This document shows, piece by piece, positions 8,908 to 18,821 of a DNA stretch of 64,000 bases. The stretch spans positions 88,454 to 152,453 of the forward strand of contig CAVXUF010000005.1 in assembly GCA_963764975.1 (NCBI GenBank), written 5' to 3'. Source of the stretch: an uncultured Chloroflexia bacterium. Lineage in GTDB: Bacteria > Chloroflexota > Limnocylindria > Limnocylindrales > CSP1-4. The translations under genes were made by a program, and so were the position numbers. The notes under the pieces were generated by a model. It made no database searches and was not told the DNA's origin. It was given only the letters and a program-made list of their open reading frames with translations. Every line of letters starts with the position of its first letter. Within the stretch, counting starts at the first letter, position 1.

Positions 8908-10194
8908 ATGGCCCGCCCGCGTCGCGCAACCGGCCTCGCCTTCGTGCTCCTGCTGCTGCCGGCGATGATCTCGCCCGCATCGGCCGCGTCACCCACGAGT
9001 CAGCCGCCCAGCCTCCCGCCGGATCCACCGTCCCCGCCGATCCTGGTCGTCCCCGCGGCCCCGGCCATCCGGCCCGGTTGCCGAACGCCGTTCCTTGCCC
9101 CGCCAGCCCTGACATCCGAGCGGCGCGCGGCCCTGCAGCGGCGGCTCGAACGCTTGCGGGCGAGGGCCCACATCCCGGGGATCTCGGTCGCGATCATGTT
9201 CCCGGACGGGACCACCTGGTCTGGGACGAGCGGTCTTGCCGACGTCGCCCTGGCCGAGCCCGTCGAGACCGAGACGGCCTTCGCGATCGCGAGCATCAGC
9301 AAGACTTTTACCGCGGCGTTGATCCTGGCCCTCCGCGACGACGGTGTCCTGGACCTCGATGCGCCAGTCACGGTCTACCTGCCGGACCTTGGTCTCGATG
9401 CGCGGATCACCGTCCGCCAGCTCCTCGACCACACCAGCGGCCTCCACGACTTCTTCTTCGACCCGCGGATCGACAAGGCGCTCCTCGACGATCGCGGGCG
9501 GGGCTGGTCCGCGGCGGACGCGCTGGCGTATCTCGGCGAGCCCTACTTCAAACCGGGCAAGGGCTGGCACTACTCCAACACCAACTACCTGCTGCTCGGC
9601 CTCATCGCCGAGCGGGTCGGGGAGGCGACCCTCGGCGAGCAATTGCGCGAGCGGTTCTTCGACCCCCTCGGGCTCGACCACACGTACGAGCAGGTGGGCG
9701 AACCGCCGGGCGGTCCCGTGGCCCATGGGTATCGCCTGCGGACCGCGGACGACGACGACCCCGTCGACCTCTCGGACGGCACCACCACGGCGCCGTTCAC
9801 GTCCGTCGTGACCGCCGCCGGCGCGGCGGGTTCGCTCGCGTCGACCCCGAGCGATCTCGTGCGCTGGGCGCGGGCGCTGTACACGGGCTCCGTGCTTCCC
9901 CCGGATACGCTCGCCGAGATGATCCTGGCCATCGCCGGCGAAGCGACGAAGAACGCGACCGTCCCGTACGGTCTGGGGATCCAGGCGGTGACGGTCGACG
10001 GTCGTCCGACGCTCGGGCATTCGGGCCGGCTGCTGGGCTTCCGCTCCGTGATGCGCTGGTTGCCGCACGAGCGGGTGACGATCGCCACCCTGACGAATCA
10101 GAGTCGTGCCGACCCTGCCGCCATCACGCGTTCCCTCCTGCGCCTGGCCCTGACGCCCGTCGTGCGCTGCGCGGGGCGACGTGATCATCTCTGA
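8908..10194 (+). CDS. secreted serine hydrolase (beta-lactamase / DD-peptidase class C-like family)
   Basis: Signal peptide MARPRRATGLAFVLLLLPAMISPASA, SxxK motif ASISKTF, and YSNTNY. The track ORF from 7603 is over-extended antisense to greA. Confidence 0.8.
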   Translation: MARPRRATGLAFVLLLLPAMISPASAASPTSQPPSLPPDPPSPPILVVPAAPAIRPGCRTPFLAPPALTSERRAALQRRLERLRARAHIPGISVAIMFPDGTTWSGTSGLADVALAEPVETETAFAIASISKTFTAALILALRDDGVLDLDAPVTVYLPDLGLDARITVRQLLDHTSGLHDFFFDPRIDKALLDDRGRGWSAADALAYLGEPYFKPGKGWHYSNTNYLLLGLIAERVGEATLGEQLRERFFDPLGLDHTYEQVGEPPGGPVAHGYRLRTADDDDPVDLSDGTTTAPFTSVVTAAGAAGSLASTPSDLVRWARALYTGSVLPPDTLAEMILAIAGEATKNATVPYGLGIQAVTVDGRPTLGHSGRLLGFRSVMRWLPHERVTIATLTNQSRADPAAITRSLLRLALTPVVRCAGRRDHL

Positions 10195-10286
10195 CCGGAC
10201 CTCCGGATGCCGCCGGACGGTACGAGCGGGTCGTTCCCGGGCGCGCGCGCGACGTGCACCATTCGGTCACGCTTCGAGGTCGGGTC

Positions 10287-10850
10287 ATGGCCCTCCGCGT
10301 CGACGCATACACGTCCGAGGGGATCGCCACCGGGTCGGTGGAGCGGCCGGGCGCCCTGCGTGACACGCTCGAGACCTCGTCCTCGCTGACGCTCGCGCGT
10401 GCCAGCTGGCAGGCGATGGGCGCCCCGGGCGGCCCGGTCCAGGCCGAGATGATCCTCCCGATCGACGACGTCCTGATCGTCACCTCCGATGACGACCCGT
10501 TCATCGCCGTCCACGCCGCGTGGCACGCGGTCCGACTCGAGATGGGCCCCTACTTGCTCACCGGGGAGTTGCCGACGCTCCCGGGATTCGACCCGGGCCG
10601 CGCGCTGACACGGCCCAGCGGCGAGTTCGTGATGCTCCGCGACGTCCGGCTCGGCTTCCTGGCGCTGCCGGAGCAGACCATCGACGTTCCCCACGCGCTC
10701 GTGAACCGCTACGGGGTGGATCGCGTCGACGCGGACATCATGCTCGGGTTCTATTTCCCTGGCGCGGTCATGGAGATGCCGACGCCCGCGAGCGGGCCGT
10801 CCTCGACGACGACCGCGCCGGACGCGGCCCCGACGACCGCGACCGCGTAG
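10287..10850 (+). CDS. hypothetical protein
   Basis: Coding-like composition and a Pro/Thr/Ala tail. I recognise no motif. Start taken at MALRVDAY. Confidence 0.5.
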   Translation: MALRVDAYTSEGIATGSVERPGALRDTLETSSSLTLARASWQAMGAPGGPVQAEMILPIDDVLIVTSDDDPFIAVHAAWHAVRLEMGPYLLTGELPTLPGFDPGRALTRPSGEFVMLRDVRLGFLALPEQTIDVPHALVNRYGVDRVDADIMLGFYFPGAVMEMPTPASGPSSTTTAPDAAPTTATA

Positions 10851-10854
10851 TCCC

Positions 10855-12135
10855 TCAGCGGCTGCGGCCGCTCCCGACCCCGCCCGTCCGGCGAACCGGC
10901 TTCCGATGAGCGTGGTGCTCCGTCCCGGTGCGAGCGTGGCCGGCCCGCATCGACAGCGGTCGCGCCTCGACGTTGCGATCGGGCACGAAGCCTTCCTCGA
11001 CGGTCCACGGGATCGCACGCTTGAGCATCTTCTGGATCCCGCGCAACAGATCCACCTCGTCGGCGCAGACCAGGGAGATCGCCTCCCCCGTGGCGCCGGC
11101 CCGACCCGTCCGGCCGATCCGGTGGATGTAGTCCTGCGGGTTCCACGGCAGCTCGAAGTTCACGACGACCGGCAGGTCTTCGATGTCCAGACCGCGGGCC
11201 GCGACATCGGTCGCCACGAGGACCCGGATCTCGCCGGACTTGAACCCCTCGAGCGCGCGCGTCCGCTCGGGCTGGGAGCGGTCCGAGTGGATCGCCACGG
11301 CGTTGATGCCCTCGCGGTCCAGCCGAGATGCCAGCCGGCTCGCCGCCAGCTTCGTCCGCGTGAAGACGAGGACTTGACGGAGGTCGTAGGCCCGTACGAG
11401 ATGGGCGAGGAGGGCCTCCTTGCGGTCCCGGTCCACGGGGTAGACGAGCTGCTTGACCGCTTCCGCGGCGATATTGCGCGCCGCGACCTCGACCGTTGAC
11501 GGATCGCGCAGGATCGTGCCCGACAGGCGCCGGATGTCGTCGGAGAACGTCGCCGAGAACATCAGGTTCTGCCGCTTCGCCGGGAGCAGGGCGATGATCC
11601 TCTGGATGTCCGGGAGGAACCCCATGTCAAGCATGCGATCGGCCTCGTCGAGGACGAGGATCTCGACCATCCCAAGGTTGGCGACCTTCTGGCCGACGAG
11701 ATCCAGGAGGCGGCCGGGCGTCGCCACGAGGATCTCGACGCCGGACCGGAGGGCCTTGATCTGCGGGTCCATCGGGATCCCGCCGTAGACGACCGTCGAG
11801 CGCAGGGGGACGGTCCGGCCATACGTCCGGACGCTCTCGTCGACCTGCATCGCCAGCTCTCGGGTCGGCACGAGGATCAGGGACCGGACCGGGTGGCGGG
11901 CTGGCGAGAAGCTCGTGTTGGCGTGCACCCGCAGTCGGTCGAGGATGGGGAGGACGAACGCGGCGGTCTTGCCGGTCCCGGTCTGGGCCGCGGCGAGGAC
12001 GTCGCGCCCGTCGAGCACCAGGGGGATGGCCGCCGCCTGGACGGGAGTCGGGGTCTCGTAGCCTTCTTCGGCCACGGTGCGGAGGAGATCGGCCGAAAGG
12101 CCGAGGGTATCGAAGGTCAAGCGTTGCTCCTGCAT
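10855..12135 (-). CDS. rhlE: DEAD-box ATP-dependent RNA helicase (RhlE-like) with a basic C-terminal tail
   Basis: Q motif TPTPVQ, motif I AQTGTGKT, motif II DEAD, motif III SAT, motif [12 protein letters not shown]. Start taken at MQEQRLTFD (12135). Confidence 0.9.
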   Translation of the reverse strand: MQEQRLTFDTLGLSADLLRTVAEEGYETPTPVQAAAIPLVLDGRDVLAAAQTGTGKTAAFVLPILDRLRVHANTSFSPARHPVRSLILVPTRELAMQVDESVRTYGRTVPLRSTVVYGGIPMDPQIKALRSGVEILVATPGRLLDLVGQKVANLGMVEILVLDEADRMLDMGFLPDIQRIIALLPAKRQNLMFSATFSDDIRRLSGTILRDPSTVEVAARNIAAEAVKQLVYPVDRDRKEALLAHLVRAYDLRQVLVFTRTKLAASRLASRLDREGINAVAIHSDRSQPERTRALEGFKSGEIRVLVATDVAARGLDIEDLPVVVNFELPWNPQDYIHRIGRTGRAGATGEAISLVCADEVDLLRGIQKMLKRAIPWTVEEGFVPDRNVEARPLSMRAGHARTGTEHHAHRKPVRRTGGVGSGRSR

Positions 12136-12584
12136 GGATCCCGTCGCGAGGCGCCGGGGCCGGGAGCGCGACGGTGGCACCGATCGACGATGGCGGAACG
12201 GGCGCATCGGTCGCGGGCCGACCGGAGCATAGCCCATATCCGTGGTGCGCCGACGCGCTGACCCATCCTCCGCGTGCGACTGCCCCAATCGTCGGGCTGG
12301 GCAGTCATGTCGAACCGCTGGCATACTGGCCCCCGACCCCCGAAACGTCCATCCCTGACAGACAGGCCAAACAGAAGATCGCCGCCCCCCACGGCAGGAC
12401 CCTGTCGATCTCGTCAGGTGACCGCTACCGACGGCCCACCGATCCGGCTCACCCGGCTCGATGGCGACCGACGCGCAGCACCGGTCGCCGTTCCCTTGCG
12501 CTCAACCACGTTCCTGACGTCGGCGGCACGACCCTCCGTCACCGCGCGGTCGCGTGGTGTTCCGGCAGGGAGGAGGCAAGAGCG

Positions 12585-13433
12585 TTGCAGGTCCCCACGA
12601 ACGGCGCCCAGCGGGCGTCCCGCCATCGAACCATCCGGCTGATGGTGATGTCCGCCCTCGCGTTGTCGCTGGCCATGACGGGTCTGGCGACCGGACCCGA
12701 GCCGGCCACCGCCGGCGGCGTCAAGGTCACGATCATCGTCGGGCCGGTCGAGTCCAGTACCGACCGCTACCGCGATCACGCCCGCGGCTATGCCGATCTC
12801 GCACGATCACTGGGCGCCACCGTGGTCGAGGTGTACAGCCCCAACGCGACATGGAAGCGTGTCAAGGCCGCGGCCAGGGGCGCCAACATCCTGATCTACC
12901 TCGGGCACGGCAACGGGTCCCCCAGTCCCTACGGTGCCTTCTCGCCGCTGCGCCGGAACGGCATGGGGCTGAATGCGACGGCCGGCAACGGCAACCGGAA
13001 CGTCAAGTACTACGGCCAGTGGTGGATGAACCACCGCCTCGACCTCGCGAAGGACTCGGTCGTGCTGCTCAACCACCTCTGCTATGCGTCCGGGAACTCC
13101 GAACCGGGTCGCAAGCTGCCGAGCACCTCGACAGCCAAGCAGCGAGCTGACGGGTACGGCTCGGGCTTCTTCCGCGCCGGCGCCCGCGCGGTCTTCGCCA
13201 ACGGGCATGGCAGCCTGTCGTCGATCATCGTGGACCTCCTGACGAGCGACAAGAATGTCGGGCAGATCTTCCAGGACGACCCGGCCTACGATGGCGGCCG
13301 GGACTGGAAGTTCGGATCGGCGAAGACGTCGTTCTCGACCGTCTGGATGGATCCGGAGTCGAAGGGTCGCTACTACCACGCGGTCAGCGGCAAGCTCGGC
13401 CTCGACGCGAGCGCGGTGCGCGCCGGGGACTGA
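12585..13433 (+). CDS. secreted protein of unknown function with a clan-CD-like His/Cys arrangement
   Basis: TTG at 12585 lies 7 nt after GGGAGGAGG. Signal peptide RHRTIRLMVMSALALSLAMTGLATGPEPATA. Hydrophobic strand + HG (ILIYLGHGN) and hydrophobic strand + C (VVLLNHLCYASG). Confidence 0.65.
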   Translation: MQVPTNGAQRASRHRTIRLMVMSALALSLAMTGLATGPEPATAGGVKVTIIVGPVESSTDRYRDHARGYADLARSLGATVVEVYSPNATWKRVKAAARGANILIYLGHGNGSPSPYGAFSPLRRNGMGLNATAGNGNRNVKYYGQWWMNHRLDLAKDSVVLLNHLCYASGNSEPGRKLPSTSTAKQRADGYGSGFFRAGARAVFANGHGSLSSIIVDLLTSDKNVGQIFQDDPAYDGGRDWKFGSAKTSFSTVWMDPESKGRYYHAVSGKLGLDASAVRAGD

Positions 13434-13452
13434 CGCCCCCTAGCCACGAGTG

Positions 13453-13478
13453 AACGGCCCGGCATCCGCCGGGCCGTT
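13453..13478 (+). terminator. intrinsic-terminator-like hairpin
   Basis: AACGGCCCGG-CATCCG-CCGGGCCGTT: a 10-bp stem and 6-nt loop followed by TCTGATT. It lies 20 nt after the stop at 13433. Confidence 0.6.
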
Positions 13479-13589
13479 CTGATTCCCCGCCCACCTTCCG
13501 GCATGCGCCGACGTGTTCCGATTCTGCCGGCCCCGATCCGTGCCGCTGCTACAACGGCGACCTACATCTACATAAATAGCAAGCGTGTA

Positions 13590-13618
13590 TTGACAAAGAG
13601 AAAGGCATACGCTACAAA
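13590..13618 (+). promoter_or_regulatory. sigma-70-like promoter for the DUF2089 operon
   Basis: TTGACA (13590-13595), 17-nt spacer, TACAAA (13613-13618), all in a locally AT-rich stretch. GGAG lies 8 nt before the ATG at 13652. Confidence 0.45.
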
Positions 13619-13651
13619 CCATCCATCACATCACCTGATGGAGCCACGCAC

Positions 13652-14095
13652 ATGCCACACGATGTCATCGCGACCTGTCCGGTCTGCGCGGAGGAGCTGG
13701 CCGTCACGCGGCTGCACTGCGCGGCGTGCGGGACCACACTCGAGGGCGACTTCAGCGTCGGCCGGTTCGGACGCCTGACACGCGAACAACTGGCCGTCCT
13801 GGAGAGCTTCCTGCGGGCCCGCGGCAACCTGCGCGACATGGAGCGGGAACTCGGGATCAGCTATCCGACCGTGCGTTCGCGCGTCGAAGCCGTCGTCCGG
13901 GCCCTGGGTTTCGGGCCCCGCACAGACGACGAGAGCGACGCGGTGCCGGAACCGCCGGCGGTCGATGACGGCGCGCCGACCGTCGCCACACCGCGCTTCG
14001 CCACGCGAGCGGACGTCCTGGCGGCGCTGGCCAAGCACGAGATCGGGACCGATGAGGCGTCGGCCGCGATCGTGTCCTTGCGGAGCAAGCGATGA
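13652..14095 (+). CDS. DUF2089-type protein (zinc ribbon plus HTH)
   Basis: CPVC...CAAC ribbon followed by LTREQLAVLESFLRARGNLRDMERELGISYPTVRSRV. Confidence 0.85.
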   Translation: MPHDVIATCPVCAEELAVTRLHCAACGTTLEGDFSVGRFGRLTREQLAVLESFLRARGNLRDMERELGISYPTVRSRVEAVVRALGFGPRTDDESDAVPEPPAVDDGAPTVATPRFATRADVLAALAKHEIGTDEASAAIVSLRSKR

Positions 14096-15066
14096 CGACA
14101 TCGATCGCCGCTCCCGTCCTCGAGCACGTGATCGGCCAGGTCGGCCGCTTGACGGTCCGGCTCCAGATCACCGATGTCCGCCTCCGCGGCGTCTTGGGCG
14201 ACACCGTGCGCGTCTTCGCGTCACCCGAGGCGTTCGAGGGAAGCGTCGATGTCGCTCGGACACCGGGATCGCTGATGCTCCGCGCCGGCCGCGGGCTGGT
14301 CCTCGCGGGACTCCGTGGACGCGCGAAGCCGACGCCGGACCTCCTCATCGAGGTCCCGTTCGGGGCCGACGTGATCGTCGAGAACGGGTCCGGCGCGATC
14401 GACGCGACGGCCCTGGCGGGCGTGCAGCGCTATCGAGGGGTGTCCGGTGACGTGACGCTTCACGATGCGCGTGGCGACGTCACCGCCGATGCCATCTCCG
14501 GCGATATCGAGGTGACGGCGCACGAGCCCCTGTCGGTCCATGCGCGCACGGTCTCCGGCGATCTACGGATCCGTGCCGCGGACCTCGTGGCCGTCGACGC
14601 GATCACGACGAGCGGCGACATCCTGGTCGCGGGCCGGCTCGCTGGTGCTGGTCCGTTCGCCGTGACGTCGGTCAGCGGCGACACGGCCATCGCCCTCACC
14701 GGCGACGCGGTCGTCGAAGTACGATCGGCGGCCGGCCGGATCCGAGCGGACGTCGAACAGACCGGTGGCAGTGGCCAGACCGGACGGCGCACGATCACCT
14801 TCGGACGGGGTGGGCCATCGATGCGGGTCCAGACGCTGTCGGGCGACGTCCGGCTCGCTCGTCCGATCGCGGCCCCCGCCCTCGAGGCCCCGCTCGCGCT
14901 ATCACCACCGCTATCCCCTCGGCCGTCGTCCCCGATGATCGAGGCGGATCGCCGGAGCGTCCTGCGAGCCCTCGAGGACGGCGAGATCGACGCGTCGGAG
15001 GCGGGAACCCGTCTGGACGCCATCGACGCGCGGGAGGCCGCCGCGTCTGAAGGGAGTCTGCGATGA
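14092..15066 (+). CDS. DUF4097-type beta-helical 'putative adhesin' protein with a SHOCT-like tail
   Basis: ATGA overlap with the upstream gene. Repeated (V/I)SGD(V/I/L) strands: VSGDVTL, ISGDIEV, VSGDLRI, TSGDILV, VSGDTAI, LSGDVRL. C-terminal LRALEDGEIDASEAGTRLDAI. Confidence 0.8.
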   Translation: MTTSIAAPVLEHVIGQVGRLTVRLQITDVRLRGVLGDTVRVFASPEAFEGSVDVARTPGSLMLRAGRGLVLAGLRGRAKPTPDLLIEVPFGADVIVENGSGAIDATALAGVQRYRGVSGDVTLHDARGDVTADAISGDIEVTAHEPLSVHARTVSGDLRIRAADLVAVDAITTSGDILVAGRLAGAGPFAVTSVSGDTAIALTGDAVVEVRSAAGRIRADVEQTGGSGQTGRRTITFGRGGPSMRVQTLSGDVRLARPIAAPALEAPLALSPPLSPRPSSPMIEADRRSVLRALEDGEIDASEAGTRLDAIDAREAAASEGSLR

Positions 15067-15464
15067 CGGACGCCGCACAGCGCCGGATCCTCGATCTGGT
15101 CTCGTCCGGTCGGCTGAGTGCTGAGGAGGCGAGCCCCATCCTCGATGCCCTCGACCGGGCGGAGACAGCGTCGACGGTCGGCGACACCATCGGCCGCGCG
15201 AGCGCTCGACCCGCGGCGGGTGCGTCGAAGGCGTCCTCCGACGACGCGCCCGCCCGCGCGGTCCGCATCGAAGTCAGCGACAAGGGCCGATCCGTGGTGA
15301 ACCTTCGGGTCCCGCTGGCCCTTGGTCGCGCCGCCCTGGACCGGATCCCCGGGTTGTCCGAGTCGATCACCGATCGGGTCCGCGAGGCCCTCACCAACGG
15401 CTACAAGGGACCCATCGTCGACATCGACGACGACGGCGATGGCGTCCGGATCGTCATCGAGTAG
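15063..15464 (+). CDS. SHOCT-like domain protein
   Basis: ATGA overlap with the upstream gene. N-terminal ILDLVSSGRLSAEEASPILDAL and C-terminal acidic beta-rich part. Confidence 0.65.
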   Translation: MTDAAQRRILDLVSSGRLSAEEASPILDALDRAETASTVGDTIGRASARPAAGASKASSDDAPARAVRIEVSDKGRSVVNLRVPLALGRAALDRIPGLSESITDRVREALTNGYKGPIVDIDDDGDGVRIVIE

Positions 15465-15481
15465 GAAAGGACAGAAGAGAC

Positions 15482-15706
15482 ATGCGACCCAAGTGGAACC
15501 GCGACCCCAGCCGCGGCGACCCGACATTCGAATTGGCCGCGGCGCGGCTCGACGACCAACGGCAGCGTGCCGCGCAGGAGCGACTGGTGTCCCGCGAGGC
15601 CACGATCGTCCCAGGCATGCGCTGGACGATCGGTGGTTGGCTCATCACCCTCGGCCGCGCGATCAGGACGACGCCGGTCACTGCGGGCGATGCGTTCACC
15701 CGCTAG
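15482..15706 (+). CDS. possible small membrane protein
   Basis: AGGAAAGGA lies upstream of the ATG. One hydrophobic segment WTIGGWLITLG. I recognise no homolog. Confidence 0.35.
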   Translation: MRPKWNRDPSRGDPTFELAAARLDDQRQRAAQERLVSREATIVPGMRWTIGGWLITLGRAIRTTPVTAGDAFTR

Positions 15707-16929
15707 CTGACGATCGTGCCGCCCTGCATGACGCTGGCGGGGCGGCGAAGGATCTCGATGTCCTCCAGCGGGTCGGCGTCGATGGCGACCAGGTCCGCGT
15801 ACTGGCCCACGTCGAGCGAACCGACGCGGTCGTCCCAACCCATGCAGGCCGCCGCGACGAGCGTGGCCGACCGGATCGCCTCGAGCGAGGTCTGCCCGAG
15901 GCGGACCTGGTAGCCCAGCTGGGTCGCGACCATCGGGTGCGGGTAGACCCCGCTGTCCGTGCCGTACGCGATCCGGACCCCGGCGCGGACGGCAAGGCTG
16001 AACGCGTCGCGCTGGGCCTGGGTCGTGGCGTCGTTCTTGGCCAGCGTCTCCGCCGGCCAGCCGGCGCGGCGCCCCTCCTCGGCGATCCAGTCGCCGTCGT
16101 AGACGTCCGCGACCAGGTACGTGCCGTGCTCGACGAGCATCGCGATGCCGTCCGCGTCGATCAGCGACGCGTGCTCCACGGATCGGACGCCGGCGCGGAT
16201 GGCGGCCTTGATGCCTTCGGCACCGTGCGCGTGGGCGGCCACGAACAGCCCAAGGGCACCGGCCTCCTGGACCGCAGCGCGGATCCAGGGTTCCGGCAAC
16301 TCGATCGCCCCGGGATCCGTGCCGAGCGTCAGGACCGCGCCCGTGACGATCAGCTTGATGACCGTCGCCCCGCCATCGGCGAGGGCGCGGACCCTCGCCC
16401 GGACCTCGGCTTCATCGCGGACCACGCCGAACCGCAGGGCGTCGGGCAACCCCATCGACGGCGCATCCGAGGACACCTCGCCACCACCACCGGGGGAGGT
16501 GATGAACGCTCCGGCGCACTGCATCCGAGGCCCGGGCGTCCAGCCGCGGTCGATCGCGTCGCGCAGGGCGACATCGGTGAAGGCCCAGAACGCCCCGACG
16601 TCGCGGACCGTCGTGAACCCCGCCCGGAGCGTGTCGCGGGCGTTCCTGACGCCGCTGAGGACCTCGGCGACCGCGGTCGAGTCGATGGCTGGGATGCCCG
16701 CGTCCTGCGCGAGACCGACGAGGTGCGCGTGGCAGTCGATGAGCCCAGGGATCACCCAGTCGCCCGCGATCGCGACAGCCTCGGGGGCCGCCGGTCCGCC
16801 ATCGCCCGGGGCCACGACCGCCGCGATCCGGCCCTGATCGTCCACGAACAGCCGTCGGTCATCAAGCCAGGTGCCTGTCGCCACGTCCAGGAGGTGGCGG
16901 GCATGAAGCACGGACCGGATCGGCACCAT
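15703..16929 (-). CDS. metal-dependent amidohydrolase family protein
   Basis: VIPGLIDCHAHL (HxH metal motif), AHAHG, and a TIM-barrel amidohydrolase pattern through to the C-terminus. Confidence 0.85.
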   Translation of the reverse strand: MVPIRSVLHARHLLDVATGTWLDDRRLFVDDQGRIAAVVAPGDGGPAAPEAVAIAGDWVIPGLIDCHAHLVGLAQDAGIPAIDSTAVAEVLSGVRNARDTLRAGFTTVRDVGAFWAFTDVALRDAIDRGWTPGPRMQCAGAFITSPGGGGEVSSDAPSMGLPDALRFGVVRDEAEVRARVRALADGGATVIKLIVTGAVLTLGTDPGAIELPEPWIRAAVQEAGALGLFVAAHAHGAEGIKAAIRAGVRSVEHASLIDADGIAMLVEHGTYLVADVYDGDWIAEEGRRAGWPAETLAKNDATTQAQRDAFSLAVRAGVRIAYGTDSGVYPHPMVATQLGYQVRLGQTSLEAIRSATLVAAACMGWDDRVGSLDVGQYADLVAIDADPLEDIEILRRPASVMQGGTIVS

Positions 16930-16963
16930 GGCCCGAGCCTAGCAGGCTCGCTACCATGCACCC

Positions 16964-17560
16964 ATGACCGATCCCACCGTCCGACTGCCATTCACCGGTG
17001 ACGACGAGGCCGACCAGCTACTCGTCAGCGACCCGCTCGCGCTGCTCATCGGGTTCGAGCTCGATCAGCAGGTCACCGTCCAGAAGGCCTTCTCCGGCCC
17101 GGCCGAACTGCGCCGCCGGGTCGGCCACCTCGACGCGGCCACGCTCGCCGCGATGGATCCGGCCGAGCTCGACCGAGTCTTCCGGACCCCGCCGGCGCTC
17201 CATCGATTCCCCGGTGCGATGGCGGTCCGTGTGCAGGACCTGGCCCGGGCGATCGCCACCGACTACGCCAATGACGCGGCGCGGGTCTGGACCGAGGCGG
17301 CGACCGGCAAGGACCTGGAGGCCCGGTTGCGGGGGCTCCCCGGGATCGGCGACATGAAGGCCCGGGCGCTGATCACGATCATCACCAAACGCCTCGGTGT
17401 CCGCCCTCCGGGATGGGAGGACGTCCTGCCGCCGCACCCGACGCTGGGCGACGTGGATTCACCCGAGGCACTGGCCGCGTACCAGGCCGGCAAACGCGCC
17501 AAGAAGGCCGAGGCGCGCGCCGCGAAGGAAGCGAACCGCTCAGCCGCCGCTGACCGGTGA
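16964..17560 (+). CDS. HhH-GPD-type base-excision repair family protein
   Basis: LPGIGDMKARALI helix-hairpin-helix, LLIGFELDQQV, and a Lys/Ala-rich tail. Confidence 0.8.
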   Translation: MTDPTVRLPFTGDDEADQLLVSDPLALLIGFELDQQVTVQKAFSGPAELRRRVGHLDAATLAAMDPAELDRVFRTPPALHRFPGAMAVRVQDLARAIATDYANDAARVWTEAATGKDLEARLRGLPGIGDMKARALITIITKRLGVRPPGWEDVLPPHPTLGDVDSPEALAAYQAGKRAKKAEARAAKEANRSAAADR

Positions 17561-17577
17561 CGGTCGCCGGCCCGCGT

Positions 17578-17964
17578 TCAGCCAACGAGCGTCGCGACGA
17601 GGTGCTCGAGTTCGGCGGCCGGGTCGTCGCAGAGGCCGGTGTGGACCTCGGATGGCTGGATGACGGTGCTTGCCGGGGATACGAGCCAGTGGAACCGCTC
17701 CGCGATCCCGAGTCGGGCGATCGGTCCGGCGGCGGGGTCGCCCGCCGCGATGCGCTCGATCGCCTCGAGGTGCGGACGCAGGCCCTCCGCGTCGAGACCC
17801 GGCGCGATCGCCGCGATCCGGTCCGGATCCAGCGCGACCCGGGCACCAAGGAACGCGCGTGACCGACAGAGCAGCACCACGCCGACGTTGATCTGCTCAC
17901 CGCGCTCCACGCGCGGCACGACCCGCACCATCGCGTACTGGTAGACGTCACGCGGCGCGGGCAC
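17578..17964 (-). CDS. DUF3037 domain protein
   Basis: YQYAMVRVVPRVERGEQINVGVVLLC is the typical DUF3037 opening. GTG at 17964 lies 9 nt after GGAGG and overlaps the upstream gene's stop by 17 nt. Confidence 0.75.
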   Translation of the reverse strand: MPAPRDVYQYAMVRVVPRVERGEQINVGVVLLCRSRAFLGARVALDPDRIAAIAPGLDAEGLRPHLEAIERIAAGDPAAGPIARLGIAERFHWLVSPASTVIQPSEVHTGLCDDPAAELEHLVATLVG

Positions 17965-18730
17965 GGTCGGCGTCCTCCACGAACCTGCGCGGCGCTTCCA
18001 GCCGACGACCCAGGTACCGGACATACGCCGATCGCTGCGCGTCGGCATCGCCGATCACCGGATCCGCCGGGAGCCAAGCATCCGGTACCGCCTCGACCAG
18101 CCGTTCGACCAGCGCGACGTCCACGCGCCCGGCCAGGCGATCGTCGGCCGCCGCGATGGAGCCGGCGAACGGCAGCAGCACATGCTCGGCCAGCCGGTCG
18201 AACCCGCGCCGGGCGTGCGCGTCCGGGTCGCGCCACGTGTGGTGGACGAAGAGCGCCGCGCCGTGGTCGATGAGCCAGGTCCGCCCATGCCAGACGAGCA
18301 GGTTCGGGTTCTGCACGGACCGGTCGGGGTTCGTGATGAGGCCGTCGAGCCACACGATGTCGGCAGCGGTGTCGGGGTCCATCGCGGCAAGCGATGTGGA
18401 GGCGGCCGGGTTGAACATCAGGGCGCCCGGCAGGAAGTCGAGGCCGAGGTTCCGGCCACCGCTGGCCCGGACCAGGTCCTGGATCTCCTGGTGCGGCTCG
18501 GCGTCGCCGAGCGCCGGGTCGAGCTCGACACCGACGATATCGGGGACCGTCAGGCCAACGGCGCGCGCGAGCTCACCACCGAGCCACTCGGCCACGAGCG
18601 CGCGCGGCCCCTGTCCGGCGCCCCGGAACTTGACCACGTACAGCCCGTCGTCATCGGCCTCCAGGAGCCCGGGCAAGGACCCTCCCTCGCGGAGGGCGGT
18701 CACGTAGCGCGTCGCCGTCACGATCCGCAT
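17948..18730 (-). CDS. HipA-like kinase family protein
   Basis: ATRYVTALREGGSLPGLLEADDDGLYVVKFRGAGQGPRALVAEWLGGELARAVGL, then NPDRSVQNPNLLVW...LIDHGAA, a catalytic-loop-like segment. Confidence 0.8.
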   Translation of the reverse strand: MRIVTATRYVTALREGGSLPGLLEADDDGLYVVKFRGAGQGPRALVAEWLGGELARAVGLTVPDIVGVELDPALGDAEPHQEIQDLVRASGGRNLGLDFLPGALMFNPAASTSLAAMDPDTAADIVWLDGLITNPDRSVQNPNLLVWHGRTWLIDHGAALFVHHTWRDPDAHARRGFDRLAEHVLLPFAGSIAAADDRLAGRVDVALVERLVEAVPDAWLPADPVIGDADAQRSAYVRYLGRRLEAPRRFVEDADRARAA

Positions 18731-18821
18731 CGGCCGAAGCCTACCCGACGATCGGTGCTGCCCGTGCAGGTGCGCACCGTTCCGACGAGCGGTTTCCGCC
18801 GCGGGCGACTACGCTCCGCGG

